From NCBI RefSeq assembly GCF_964204645.1, contig NC_134025.1, positions 31,228,299 to 31,292,298 of the forward strand: a DNA stretch of 64,000 bases, read 5' to 3'. The position numbers were made by a program, and so were the translations under genes. Positions 42,561 through 55,221 of the stretch are shown piece by piece. The DNA comes from Tubulanus polymorphus. Taxonomy: Eukaryota > Animalia > Nemertea. The notes under the pieces are model-generated. The model saw only the letters and a list, made by a program, of their open reading frames with translations. It was not told the origin of the DNA and searched no databases. The first letter of the stretch is position 1; each line of letters starts with the position of its first letter.

Positions 42561-44316
42561 ATGATGAAACTCTTGGTGGTTATCCTCGCTTTATTCGCCG
42601 GTAAGTTTTCAATTTATCATTCACAAAAATTTCAAGAATGTAAAAACCATATTCATAAGAATTAGGGTGGAAGAAAGCTTTGTGATTCAAATAAATTTAT
42701 CTAAAATGTCTTAGACAACTCAATCCGCAAATACCAGAGACGGAATTAAAAACTTATCTTATGTTCATTCAATTTCTACATGTCATTTGTTTTTTAAGTT
42801 AAAATTTGCATAATGTAATGGCGGCGACTCATTTCAATCGGTCAAATGCACCATACGTGTCGATTGAGTTCGAATCCCACGTTTACTGAAACATTTAATC
42901 ATTAGGTTATGAAGTGTAATTTCAATGGAAAAAAATCCCAAGGGAGATGAAATCAAAAGGTTGTCTTGTCCCATAGAAATTTTAGTTTATTTTTTCACCG
43001 ATCAAGTTCCTTAAGCAACATAAAGCGTTTACTACGAATGATGCCAGATTTGTTTGGATACAGATTTCTACGCGGTGCACGGGTTAGTTACTGTTCACGG
43101 CGATCTCGCGCAACAACGAGATGACGCCGAGAGTGTAGCCGTCTGTCCTGAAGGTCACGTGATTAAAACATGTCGCTGCGAGGATAGGACTAAATGCGAC
43201 GGAGCGCTGTTCAAAGATGACAAAACATGCATCATAAGAATGAGAGCTGGCGCCTCTCCAACAAAGGTCAATTATATTTATATTCAAGTTTAATTAGTGA
43301 ATACAAAATTCTTTAAAAAGTCGTGTACCCGGTACCCAAGAACATCACCTTGCCAATTAAATGTGACATCCTTCAACGACATCCGGATTCGAACCTGATT
43401 GCATTTGTCGTACAGCCTACCGCATCGAGAGGACGCTGCGAATGCCTTCCTCGGCGGGAGGAATGTGGCAGACGCGCACGATGTCATCACAGAGTCGAAT
43501 AGGGGGCGCCCCTAGGGAAAGGACCTCTATTTCTTCAAATTGCTACTCGTCCTACAGTTCTAATTAGATCAATTCCAAATCTAACACGATTATTCTAAGG
43601 ACCAATACCTACAAAGTACGGGGCTGTTTTTGGATTTGCCCAAGAGAGGGTGCCTCTACTCTATTTCTTCAATCACACAGCGGAGCCATATAAGCCGAGA
43701 CTCCTTCTTTTTATAATCAGGCGATTGGAGAATGCGCCAAGGATGAATGTGGTGATGTTTGGGTGTCTAAACGCTCGGGATATGCTGTAAGACCATCGGT
43801 CACTTGTGAACCTGGTTTCGTGATGACTGGTTGTAATATCTACTCTCCGTAAGTATTCGTCACATCCGCTAAAACGGCACCGCCAGGTTGCAGTCTAGAT
43901 CACTACTCAACTGCCACAGTTGGTGTTGAGTGGCGTCCTGCCTCCCGCGAAGCTAGGCAGGGATTCAAACCTGATGGCATCCTGATGCATCTGGTTCGAA
44001 TCCCTAAAATGAAAAGAAATCACGTTTAAAATGCTTAACAACTAAGCTAGAAAATTCAGTCAGATTGTTAAAAATCTAGAATTTCAATTTGTACTTGAAT
44101 GAGTCTCGATTTTTTTATATCGAGTCCAGCTATAATCTAAACGTAAAACTGAATAAATATATTTGTAGATGGAAAACCACGGATAGCCTGGAGAATGTGT
44201 ACTCAACTAAAAGCCAGGTACAGAGCGGAGGTAAAACTGTGTGGAAATGCCAGTCAGACGCCGACTGTCCAAACTCAACATGTATCGTTGACGCGAGATG
44301 TCTCAAGCCATCATAA
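42561..44316 (+). CDS. Secreted Cys-rich protein paralog C (172 aa, 13 Cys)
   Basis: Exons 42561-42600, 43064-43266, 43721-43848 and 44169-44316 splice in frame; AATAAA follows the stop. Confidence 0.88.
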
Positions 44317-46063
44317 TAAAAATCGATAAAACTGAATTAACTTAATCAATAAAACTATGGTATTATATATTACTGATTTGTAGTACTTAATTCTGGATTG
44401 TTCTATTTTTCTGTTCTCTGTTTCCATTCGTATTTAATGAATAAAATATAAATTGTTCGCTACAAAAAACCGTTTTATCTCGAGTAGAATTTGACTTACT
44501 CTGCGATTCGGGGGAGGGTTTGTCGTTCCGACCTACAAGCTAATACCTGAACATTAAACATCAGATAATTTCTACAAATGAAGGAACATGGACTAAAGTT
44601 TCCGGTGATCCGACAGTGAATCTCCGTATCCAGTTTATTGAATATATGAATTAGAATATCCATAATTATAATTCTGTCGATCAGATCTTGCTCGTGAAAA
44701 ATTACTGCATTAAGACCTTGCGGTTTAAACTTAAATGAAGGAGGCTTTGGTTTATGAAATACATCACTTCTCTGACGGATTGTTTTGCTCTCAGTATCAC
44801 TGGTGGTCCAACATCAGCATCGCTGGTGGTCAATAAGTTGTCAACATTAGTATGACTGGTGGTCATGTTGTCACCATTAGTATCCCTAGCCGGATTGTGT
44901 TCACTACAAATAATCAATGCTACAACCTTAACCTACATTCAACCACAGAGCATATCGCTCATAGAATAAGATACTTAGTGATCTGATATCGTTGATCAAT
45001 AAAAGATTATTGGATTTCTGACATTTTTGCGGGTGCTTGAACCAAAGTAACACGTGTTTACAATTGACATGTCTCCAATCTATCAAAAATTTTTTCAAAT
45101 CGGTTTTGTATTTTTTCAAGTTGAAGCTGACGTTGTTTTTTTGTGGAGAGAGCTTAGGAAACAACTGACGCTGACAAAACTGATTCTCTTTAGTACGGGC
45201 ACAATGCGGAGTTCTCAGGTTCTACCTAAATTTTGTGTAGAGTTTTGATATGAAAGCCAGAAGATCTCTCTACTGCCGCTAAGGGGGATAGGTGTATTAT
45301 TGATCACTACAATGAATGCGAAATATATTCAAATATACCCGCATGGATTCGAAAACCCGATGGCATAGCGGGGCAAACGGTTCGAATTTCTGCCCGACCA
45401 GGATAAACATCGACTGAATAATCCGTATAGACATTATAATTCAAAGTTTAAAACGGTCCCTTTGAACCTGAATTTGTTAACGAAAAAAAAACATCAAGAT
45501 ACATTGTACTTTTTAGAAGATCTACCAAAGAACGAGAAAACGTTCTTAAACATTTCGCTTCGTGATCAGAAACGTATTAGAGGTGTAACATTACGTACCC
45601 GGGGCGAGGGAACGGGTGGAGGGGGAGGGGGGAGGGTGGTATGGGGTTTACTTGTATTTTGATATCCCTTGAGGAATATGATTCCTGAGCTTGAAACGAC
45701 ATATGTTTTTCACACTCAAGTGACTTTACTTTTGAAACGACGACGCAAAAACGTGAGACCAGACGAGAATAATGTACACGTATATGATTGTATACGTGTT
45801 ATTTGCTAAGAATCCAGTGATCAGTCAACAACTATTCTATCAATACTGCGCAGTAAGTTTCTAACTCTATTGATCTTTATTTGAGGTTTATCGCGAAAGC
45901 TATACAACTTTTTTTGAAATGAAATTCTAAATAGTCATCTTCAGGATTACAAATTTTCGGACTCGACGTATATCATTTTTTCTTTATAATTGTGGGATTC
46001 TCTTTATAATCTCGCTACAACGCGGATCCATAGTGTTTTATCAATGGTTATTTTAGGCACGTG

Positions 46064-47201
46064 ATGATGAAACTCTTGGTGGTTATCCTCGCTTTATTCG
46101 CCGGTAAGTTTTCAATTAATCAATTTTAAAGTTAATTGTTTTTGGCTGATTTTAACATGACATTTTTAAGTGGTATCATACGATACAATGAACGGTCTTT
46201 TCTTACCCTATAGACACTAACTCTGTACCTTTTGACAAACCAAACCCACTTTTTACCTAACCCTCTAGACCCTAAACCCTTTTTTTCTGCGATTGAAAAA
46301 TCCGCCATTTTGTTTTCGTTTTTGTTTTGGAAATGGGAGTTAGAACTGCTCAACTTAATGAAGTTTTCTAAATGATTTGTCGCTACAGATTTCTATGCGG
46401 TACACGCGGTAGTAAAAGTTACAGGTGACCTCGCAGAGGAAAAAGATGACGCCGAGAGTAGAGCCGTCTGTCCTTCGGGTCACGTGATTAAAACCTGTAG
46501 TTGCGGGTGTGAATCTAGATGCGACGGAGCGATCTTCGAAGATGATCAAACGTGTCTCATTCACATGAGTCACGACAAAACTGCAACAAAGGTTACTCAA
46601 TGTGATCACAAAATCCTAAAAATCGTTTAAATAGCCAGCTATGTGGCATCCTTTCATGACATATTGATTCGAACCTGATCGCAGTCTCACGATGCCATCG
46701 GGTTCGAATCCGAGGTGGGAGAGTCTCACCATCCCATCAGGTTCGAATCCCGAGAGGATGGCTATCGGGCTGGTAATGGAATCTCTTATTTGATTTTGTA
46801 AACAATTCGCCTGTTTCAGGCGGTTGCGGAATGTATTGCGGAATCGTGTGGTGACGACTGGAAGACTGTTCAGTCGCCATATTCTGTAAGACCTTCAGTT
46901 AATTGTCCGGATGGATTTGAGATGACTGATTGTAATATCTTCTCTCCGTGAGTATTTCATCGGCCAGAAAATCCAGTTGAGTTGATCGCAAATCTAGAAT
47001 TTCAATTTGTTGAAATGAGTAAGGATCATAAATCTATTTTACAATTGTAGATGGAAACACGAAGCTAACCTGGTGAACGTGTTTACAACTAAAAGTCAGG
47101 TACAGAGCGGAGGTAAAACTGTATGGAAATGCCAGTCAGACGCCGACTGTCCCGGTGGTAGATGTATGGTTGAAGCGAGATGTCACAAAGAATCAGCGTA
47201 A
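46064..47201 (+). CDS. Secreted Cys-rich protein paralog D (173 aa, 14 Cys)
   Basis: Exons 46064-46103, 46389-46591, 46820-46947 and 47051-47201 splice in frame; extra Cys in KTCSCGCESRC. Confidence 0.88.
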
Positions 47202-48374
47202 TCAAAATCACTAAAAGTTGAATACACCGAATCAATAAAACTATGTTAGGTTTTTTCCGAATTGTGGTCTATTTTTCTGTTATCTTCCGTTCGATTCGTG
47301 AATAAATATAATATTGTGAACTTTCTCATTACGACAAACATTGTTTTTATCCTACGTAGAAATCTGGAGCAGGCGAATTATTTTCCAAATAGAAACGACT
47401 GTGTACCCTTAACGAGAAGGGCCTCCAAACTCTGAGGCAAGCGAGTATTCGTCAGGTGTCGCTAGTAGTAACATACTCGCGCATAGTTTCGAATAAAATT
47501 CGATTAAATTTTTCTTTGCGAAGTGAATCAATTTTCAATGTTCCCGACCGTACACCCGAGATAGGAACGGCAAGGTAGTTAGGTGGTATCCCTGGAGAAC
47601 CCCCGATCTCTTAACTGTTGACCAATCAAATCATACAAATCAAATTGTCACTAACAAACCAGAGGAAACACGTGTAGCAATGTCATTTGTGATATACACC
47701 GATGTAATTCAATTTTCACTTCTGGTCTGGTTTGCTTTTTGATCACCAATTCGTCGCTCGGTTTGGTTTTTGATCATTAGTTCTAAGGTATAAATAATAC
47801 GATTTATTATTGATACATCAACAGCAGTGAACACGTGGTATCCTCCACAGATCTACAGCGCAATCCAGGAATCTTTCGCTGCTAGTTTCCATAAGGTCAA
47901 GGTCAGAGACTGTAGTCGAAGTCCTACGGGACCATTTAGAAATGAGGGCCCTGCAGGAGGATTTATGCCTAGCGATAACTTTAATACCCAGTCAATACAA
48001 CAAGTCACTACCTTTTTGCTACAAATTTCAATCGTATTTTGACAATGATTGTGACAGTGTAGAGCGTGAGTTGTGACGTCATCGGGCAGAGAGAGAAAAC
48101 CTTTTAGGTGAATTGAATTTGTTTCTATTCAAATATCGATTTTTTTTCGGAGCATTCCCACAAGAGACGCAGAGAAAGTGAACCATTTTGTTATTAATTG
48201 GAACAAGATTCAATAGACAGTATAGCAGCAACAGCGCCATCTACCCCACTCAGAACAGAATGCTATATCCGAAATATATACATATTGAAATAAAATAATA
48301 TAACAATAAATCGAGGATTCATATTTTGATTTTCAGGAATCCGAAACAGGTATGTGGGTAGTCAAACAGTAGAT

Positions 48375-48824
48375 TTATAAAACAAGTTTTGAATTTGTCC
48401 AATAATGTTTGCCGTTGTGCTGTTTCCGGTGATGGCGATGTTTTCCTCCATGTTTTCCATGTCTCCCTCTTCCATTGCGCATGCGTCGTGGTCTGGCCGG
48501 TTTCTTTTTTATTTTCGGTTGAACAGGTGGCGGCACTGTCGTTTCCGGTTTGGTATTGTAGAATGTTTGAATTTTGAATAAGGAGCAACCGTCGTCCAGT
48601 TGGTAACCACCACTACTCCAACAATCGTCCTTGCAACTAGTGACGTCATATTGAACTACTTGCTCCTGACAGTAAACACATTTCAGCAGACAATGTTCGA
48701 CGAACGACTGACCGGACAGACGATCTTCCAGAATCGATGACGTCACCACAACTGAACGCAATATTACGTGCAAAGTGACAAACGTTATCACGTGACCTAT
48801 CAACAGCCAATCAGGCGCAACCAT
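48375..48824 (-). CDS. Eclosion-hormone-like secreted 6-Cys peptide precursor with a basic His/Lys/Arg-rich tail (149 aa)
   Basis: Hydrophobic N-terminus; C-x3-C-x2-C-x11-C-x3-C-x11-C, compared with C-x3-C-x2-C-x12-C-x3-C-x10-C in insect EH; acceptor TTTCAG one base before the ATG. Confidence 0.65.
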   Translation of the reverse strand: MVAPDWLLIGHVITFVTLHVILRSVVVTSSILEDRLSGQSFVEHCLLKCVYCQEQVVQYDVTSCKDDCWSSGGYQLDDGCSLFKIQTFYNTKPETTVPPPVQPKIKKKPARPRRMRNGRGRHGKHGGKHRHHRKQHNGKHYWTNSKLVL

Positions 48825-48884
48825 TCTGAAATAAAGGAATAATTTGAGTTGGATTTGTTCAATGATAGGCGGCCATTTCGATAC

Positions 48885-49017
48885 TTCCCATAATACATCA
48901 GAATTTTGGGAAGGGCTGTGTTGCTATGATACGTTACATTGTTGAGCAAAATTTGTTCGTTCAACAATATCGTATCATAGCAACATTATTCCCCAAAAAC
49001 GAGATGTATTATGGGAA
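48885..49017. mobile_element. Palindromic MITE
   Basis: TTCCCATAATACATC..GTTGCTATGATACG..ATTGTTGA / TCAACAAT..CGTATCATAGCAAC..GATGTATTATGGGAA. Confidence 0.75.
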
Positions 49018-49169
49018 AAGTGTATATCATTATCTATATTGGATATATATTATATTCGATCTCAGGACCCAGTTCCGTTGTCATGGATGAGACAAACATA
49101 ATCTAAAGGATAAGTTAAAGATAATCTTGGTTCTTTAACCAATCTATCAACTAATTTCGGGTATAGTAT

Positions 49170-49527
49170 AGTAGGATATGGAGGTACCTCAGTGGGATAT
49201 GATGTACCTCAGTAGGATATGGAGGTACCTCAGTGGGATATGGAGGTACCTCAGTGGGATATGGAGGTACCTCAGTGGGATATGATGTACCTCAGTAGGA
49301 TATGGAGGTACCTCAGTGGGATATGGAGGTACCTCAGTAGGATATGGAGGTACCTCAGTAGGATATGGAGGTACCTCAGTGGGATATGGAGGTACCTCAG
49401 TGGGATATGGAGGTACCTCAGTGGGATATGGAGGTACCTCAGTAGGATATGGAGGTACCTCAGTGGGATATGGAGGTACCTCAGTAGGATATGGAGGTAC
49501 CTCAGTGGGATATGATGTACCTCAGTG
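49170..49527. repeat. 21-bp minisatellite
   Basis: Unit GGATATGGAGGTACCTCAGT(G/A), about 17 copies. Confidence 0.95.
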
Positions 49528-50829
49528 GTACGGTGAACCCGAACGACCCGGTTGCGGATACTGGATCCGGTTCTGCTCTGGTTATTATCGGTCGAGTATC
49601 CACACGCACACGTAACATGATCGGTAACACATTAAAACTGTTTTACATTTATCCATTTTTCGACTTGCTATAAACTAAGAGCTCTTAACCGAATTGCTTC
49701 AACAAGCGGTAGCCGACGACTTCAACAAGCGGTACCCGACGACTTCAACAAGCGGTACCCTACGATACGCCGCGACGCGAATTCTGGATAATGCATGAAC
49801 CTTTATAGATTTGACCGTATTTGAATTGCCGGCAAGCGTTCGAGCATCATCATTTTATCGGGTGTTCGAATGTAGAATGTTTTAGTTTACTTTGCTTCAG
49901 AATATCCAGCGCTATCGTGTACTCAAACATTCATTAGCTGACGTGTTTGCTGGTCGACGTTTCCAGCGTTTTGCCACACATATAGATGTCGCATTTTGAT
50001 CGAGTTTACGATTTTTTTTTTTATTTGTTTCGCTTCAGTGACGACGCAACGAACACTCAACATAATCATAAAAAATTCATTCTAATCGATATTTCATTGC
50101 GAGATTCTCGTGTACAGGACAGGTATAAAGTGAAGCCGCTACCTTCATCGCGTAACAACAACGTGTCCTTTTGTCGTACAGGCCACAAACTGGTTTGTAC
50201 CAGAACAACCCAAAACTGACCTATTTGGTCAATCTATAGATCGCGCATGAGTGGTCTGTGTAAGGTTTGTTTGCCGTCTCATACTGACCATGATCTCACT
50301 GACTGTGGTCGCATAACATGATGATTACATAATCAGATAGGTGACACGACCACATTAGATGTAAGCTTGAATAAATCAGAATAAATGATGTCTGTTGATC
50401 GAATGTTAAATGTTTTAGTTTACATTGCTAGAGTATGGCGCCGATTCGGATCAGAATTGAAGCTAAATGTGGCTGATGTTCGCACATTCAATATCTACGT
50501 TAATGCAATTTGACGCGTTTAATTTCTCCCGCAGAAACACTATACATTTTCAATCGATACCATTTACAAAGTTCAGAAATCATATTCAATTTTGTTACGT
50601 ATTGAATTATCAACACAAAAGAACCTTTACAAATTTGAGATCGATTTTAGGACTTTGTATTCACAAAACAATTACAATTTCTGGATAGAAATGATTTGAT
50701 TTCTAACAAACAGACGAATATTGTCTCTGATAGATAAAGCATTGTTAATATCGATTCTTTCCTTCGCTTAAAACTATTTTCAAATATGTGCAGATACAAC
50801 CTGTCCACAAAGGAGACCGGTTTGAAATA

Positions 50830-51777
50830 ATGAATTCAAGTTATTTGGAAGTTGGTCGAGCTTATAACAGCTACATCGTTCTAATGTCTGTAGTGAACAA
50901 GTCCGGAGTCTACCGTACTGTGTCACTGGTCACTCTGCCGGTCTTGTTCTTGTTTGGAGCCTTCGGAAATTCGGCTACTTTCCTGATAATGATAAGTCGC
51001 AGATTCCGCAGTTTATCTTACGCTAATTATCTGATCGTTTTGTCAGTCAGTGATTTAGTTTATTGTATCAATCTATCTTTGATGCCTGTTTTACAGTTTG
51101 TTCTGTTGAAAACAAAAAGCGGAGCCGCATTTATCATGAATTCACTGATCAGTTGTCAAACCTATGAATTTATCTCAACACTGGCAATCCGTAATAGTTC
51201 GTGGTTAATAGTAGCGATATCTCTAGAACGAGCGGCAGTTGTTCTCTTCCCGATCACATCTCGTTTGATATGTACACCGACATTCGCTAGATTTACTACA
51301 TTGATAATTACCGCAGTGAATGTACTGTTTATTTGTCTCACACCTGCTTTATCTTTGCATTTTACCGATCAGTCTTTCGGATGTTACTATAAATTATCAG
51401 ATCAAATAACATATTTTATGATCACTGTCATTTACGTTTACATCCTACCGTTAACATTGATTATCACATCAAATTCTGTTATAATAATTCAGTTGTTCAG
51501 AGGTTCAAAAATAGTTTCGTCCGATCAGAAAACTACAAAATCAAAACGTACGACAATAATGCTTGTAACAGTTTCACTGGCATTTGCAACATTTACACTT
51601 CCAACCACTGTTAGTGGATTATTACCAATCTCCCCGGAACAGAGAGAATTTCTATTGTATATTTTCGCCATTCAGTTCCAATTATGCAACTGCGCGGTCA
51701 ATTTTTACATATATCTTTTACTGGGACGAGAAATTCGTGAATATTTTTGCTCAAAAATCCGTTGTACTGAAATTTAG
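50830..51777 (+). CDS. Single-coding-exon rhodopsin-like (class A) GPCR, FMRFamide-receptor-like/chemoreceptor-type
   Basis: Seven hydrophobic segments; GAFGN in TM1, YLIVLSVSDL in TM2, TM3 Cys with SSWLIVAISLER in place of DRY, LP in TM5 and TM6, NCAVNFYIY in TM7; N-terminal NSS sequon. Confidence 0.9.
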   Translation: MNSSYLEVGRAYNSYIVLMSVVNKSGVYRTVSLVTLPVLFLFGAFGNSATFLIMISRRFRSLSYANYLIVLSVSDLVYCINLSLMPVLQFVLLKTKSGAAFIMNSLISCQTYEFISTLAIRNSSWLIVAISLERAAVVLFPITSRLICTPTFARFTTLIITAVNVLFICLTPALSLHFTDQSFGCYYKLSDQITYFMITVIYVYILPLTLIITSNSVIIIQLFRGSKIVSSDQKTTKSKRTTIMLVTVSLAFATFTLPTTVSGLLPISPEQREFLLYIFAIQFQLCNCAVNFYIYLLLGREIREYFCSKIRCTEI

Positions 51778-54700
51778 ACGAATAACCAGTGATTTCAAGT
51801 TTGATCAACATGATACAATTTACCCGTATTAACTGATGGAGCTCAGGGCAGTTCAGGGGAGGGGGCTAACAAATTAGGTACATTATGTTCATTGATACTG
51901 ATGATTATGCTCAGCTACTGCTCATTCCAGATCCTAGAAATGTTTCGCAGTTATCTGGGGAACTATTGGGGGGGGGGGTGCAGTTTAGGGCGGGGGAGCA
52001 TTCAAACGTTTTTATCGCAAAATCTGGAAAGATAAATTTCGTTTTTGAGACTTCAAATTACGGGTCGTGTAAGAAACCCCGCTACTGACGCCATCACTGA
52101 ATCTTAAACATGTAAATTGGAAGGACTACGATTTTTAAATTGAATCCTGCTATTAATTAATGGTTAAATGATTGGCATCTGAGCGTTACAAAGGAGATAA
52201 AATACTGATATCCTGGTCGGTTTAGGCAGCGGCGAGACGAGACAGAAGCTATTCGTCTAATCGGGTGAACGCGATATCAAGCGTATAATCTGTTTGGAGC
52301 GGTTACTGACAGTTTGTGAAATCACTAGGGTGAAATAAAACTGATAACAGCAATAGATCCCGGTGCGAGAGAGGGAGAGAGGGAAAGAGGGAGATAGAGC
52401 CCCCAAAACAACTATAAACAACCCACACTGTTCTATCTATCTGTATTAAACCAATCTACATCGAGTTTACATATATCGATAACAATGATAATATATTCAT
52501 TTAGAGAGTTTCAACTCTTAAATCAATTCAATTTGATCTACATTAATTCTCAAATTATGTTAAATCGATTACGGGGTTGAACATCATCATTCTCGTGAAA
52601 CTAGACATGTTTCTCTGGTTCTCGGTAAGATATTTGTCTCAACTAAACATTGAAATTAACTTATTTTCTCGCAACCGAGTTCAGTTCCACAATCGTGAGT
52701 TAAAACTTGACGATCTAATCAAATATTTGAAAACTCTTAGAGTCGAATTGATGTCGCAACTGCAGAACTGAGTGCAATTCTACCCCAAATCTAAACAAAG
52801 TTTACTTACTTTTATTTTTGAATCATTTCTAATTAAAAGTTTCAGCGAATATTTCCACGGATATTTTCTCAGCAGTGAGTGATAGCACGGTATGATGTGA
52901 GAGAGCTGTAACGTGCACTGTGTTACTGCCTCCTGGCGCTGCCACAGATGAGAGATACATCAAATAATGATTATTGGTCGCGTGTGTCTCCCATCAGCGG
53001 ATAAAATACGATCTGACCAATGATAATCCGTTCATATCGAGATAATCCGTTAATAATCGGGTTGAGGAGCGGATTAGCGGATTAACAGTTTGAGCAGATC
53101 TATACTGACCGCTTACCCAATCCAGTACGGTCTCCCTGTCTTGAGATATCTCTAAAAGCCAAACACTTTACATGCGACAAGTAAGCCGACCTCAGCGACA
53201 AGTGGCTTTAATTTCAAGACACATCTTACCTAAGCCGTCTGCGGTTCCTCAGTCGAAACTACGATCCAAATCGGATTATTAGATTAACTATAGAATGAAG
53301 ATGGACTTAGACTGGTCGTAAGTCTAAGCCATGACTGTATAGAACCTGTCCCTGGCTTCTGAAAACGGTAGAGCCTGTTTCTAATCTAACATCTTCTTTA
53401 AGACCAGTCTCACGATAAAGGACCACTTTTTGGAGTTATGTCAGGTCTCTGTAATTGTATTTGTTCTAAATATAGTATGGTAAACAATGGTAAATAGCTA
53501 ATGGCTAATTTGGGTAATAATCAGGCCTCTCTTTCTCTCATTATTAGACTGACCACCACCACCAGCGCCAAGCAGACAACAGACACTCTCATAAACAGAT
53601 TAGTGTTCAACATGAGTTGAATATGATATGAATACACGTGTACATCCTGCCTACATCAACCTTTATCACCAAACTTTTATCACTTGTGCATTAAACGATT
53701 CAATTATAATTTTATGAAATGCAATTAGACTTTATCAGTATCTGATTATTAACGGTATTTAAATCAGTTGAGACTCGGCGGGGGTATGGTATAGACTGAT
53801 ATTATCTTTAACCTGAAAGTAACTCAACTATGAGTCAATCAGCAGTTAACCCCACTCCCCCGTCTAAACTCAAACTTGAACTGGATTAATTTAGAAATTA
53901 AATCGATTAAGAATTAAATATTTTGTTTAACTCTACCCAGGATTGAGATCAAACTGTTCGTCGGTTCAGTACAATCATTCGATAAGTTTTTCAGCTGTGA
54001 ATAAATTCTTTTTATTTCAATTTTCTCTGCTAGAAATTCAACTTTTTATCATAAATTTTCCACTCAATTTCTTCCGCTACAAACATTGGACAAGATGAGC
54101 TGATGAGATTTTCGATATTATCAATTTAGTGAGAACTTGTAGCTACTATCCGGCTGTTGATCACTGCTTATCACCGCCTCTCGTTTAGTATCTATCTCTA
54201 CATCGATTTTCGTTCATCAACCGAGTCTCCTAAAAACGCGGGCTGATAATCCGTAATTTTCATCATCAGTGGTTGAATTTCAGAGCGATCAAGCATAAAA
54301 TAACGGTTGTCGGCAACGAAACACGTTTGGAGCTAGATGTGCGCCGTGTAAATCAACACTGCCGCAATTAATGAGAAACTTTATACATTTCGCTTCCACA
54401 TTTAAAATTCAACTTCATTTGTGAAATCATATATATATATATATCCGCTACTGAAATATGACTGCAGCAAAGCTGAACATATTTTTCATCTCAACAGTCA
54501 AACTTAACTAACGATTGTGGAACTGGATCCTAAATGTGAAAATTCAACACATTTCACGTTTAATAAAACAACTCTATTTTGTAGGATATGATGTGACTCT
54601 GAAAGACGTGTGTGTCACTAATGGATAATTCTTAAACCTGATTCAAAAACCCTGATTTCCACGCTAAAGAATTAGTCTTAGTTGGATGAATAATACCAAT

Positions 54701-55221
54701 TTATACTACTACAGATATTGGAGAAGAATTCAGAAATTATGCTGTGATTTTACAGTGAGAAGAACAATTGACTTATGTCTTTTTGTATATAGTGAAAGTA
54801 TTTCTATCATTAGTTTTAAGAAATGGTAGACACGGATGTGATAGTGCTGTTTTTTATACGGTATATCTCAGTGATGGATGGAAAGATAGTTGATATATTG
54901 TGTGGTATTGTAGAATAACATCTTTGTCATTATTTGAAATGATTGATTACTGAATATTCATCCATCTTATATAAAATCACGTACGTATAAACGTGCTACC
55001 TATTGCTGGTGAATCAGGTGGCTTTAAACACCGGGTCTGTACATCAACCATCACGTTTCATTCTGCGCACATGTGTCTCTGAGCTACGCGGGGTGGGGGG
55101 GGGGGGGGTCTCAGTCATTGAATCACTTGGATAAATGGTGGATTTTGATAACGATATCTTCTTCTGGTATTTTAACCACTGCACGTATAAAAATATTCGA
55201 TGTAAATCTTTCTAGAAGGGT

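Noticed and set aside
49219-49673. GYGGTSV and MEVPQWD repeat ORFs resembling structural proteins or neuropeptide precursors
   Set aside because: Frames of a 21-bp minisatellite with no signal peptide, cleavage sites or synonymous-type variation.
48375-51777. EH-like peptide and adjacent GPCR as a ligand-receptor pair
   Set aside because: Known EH receptors are membrane guanylyl cyclases, and adjacency alone is not evidence.
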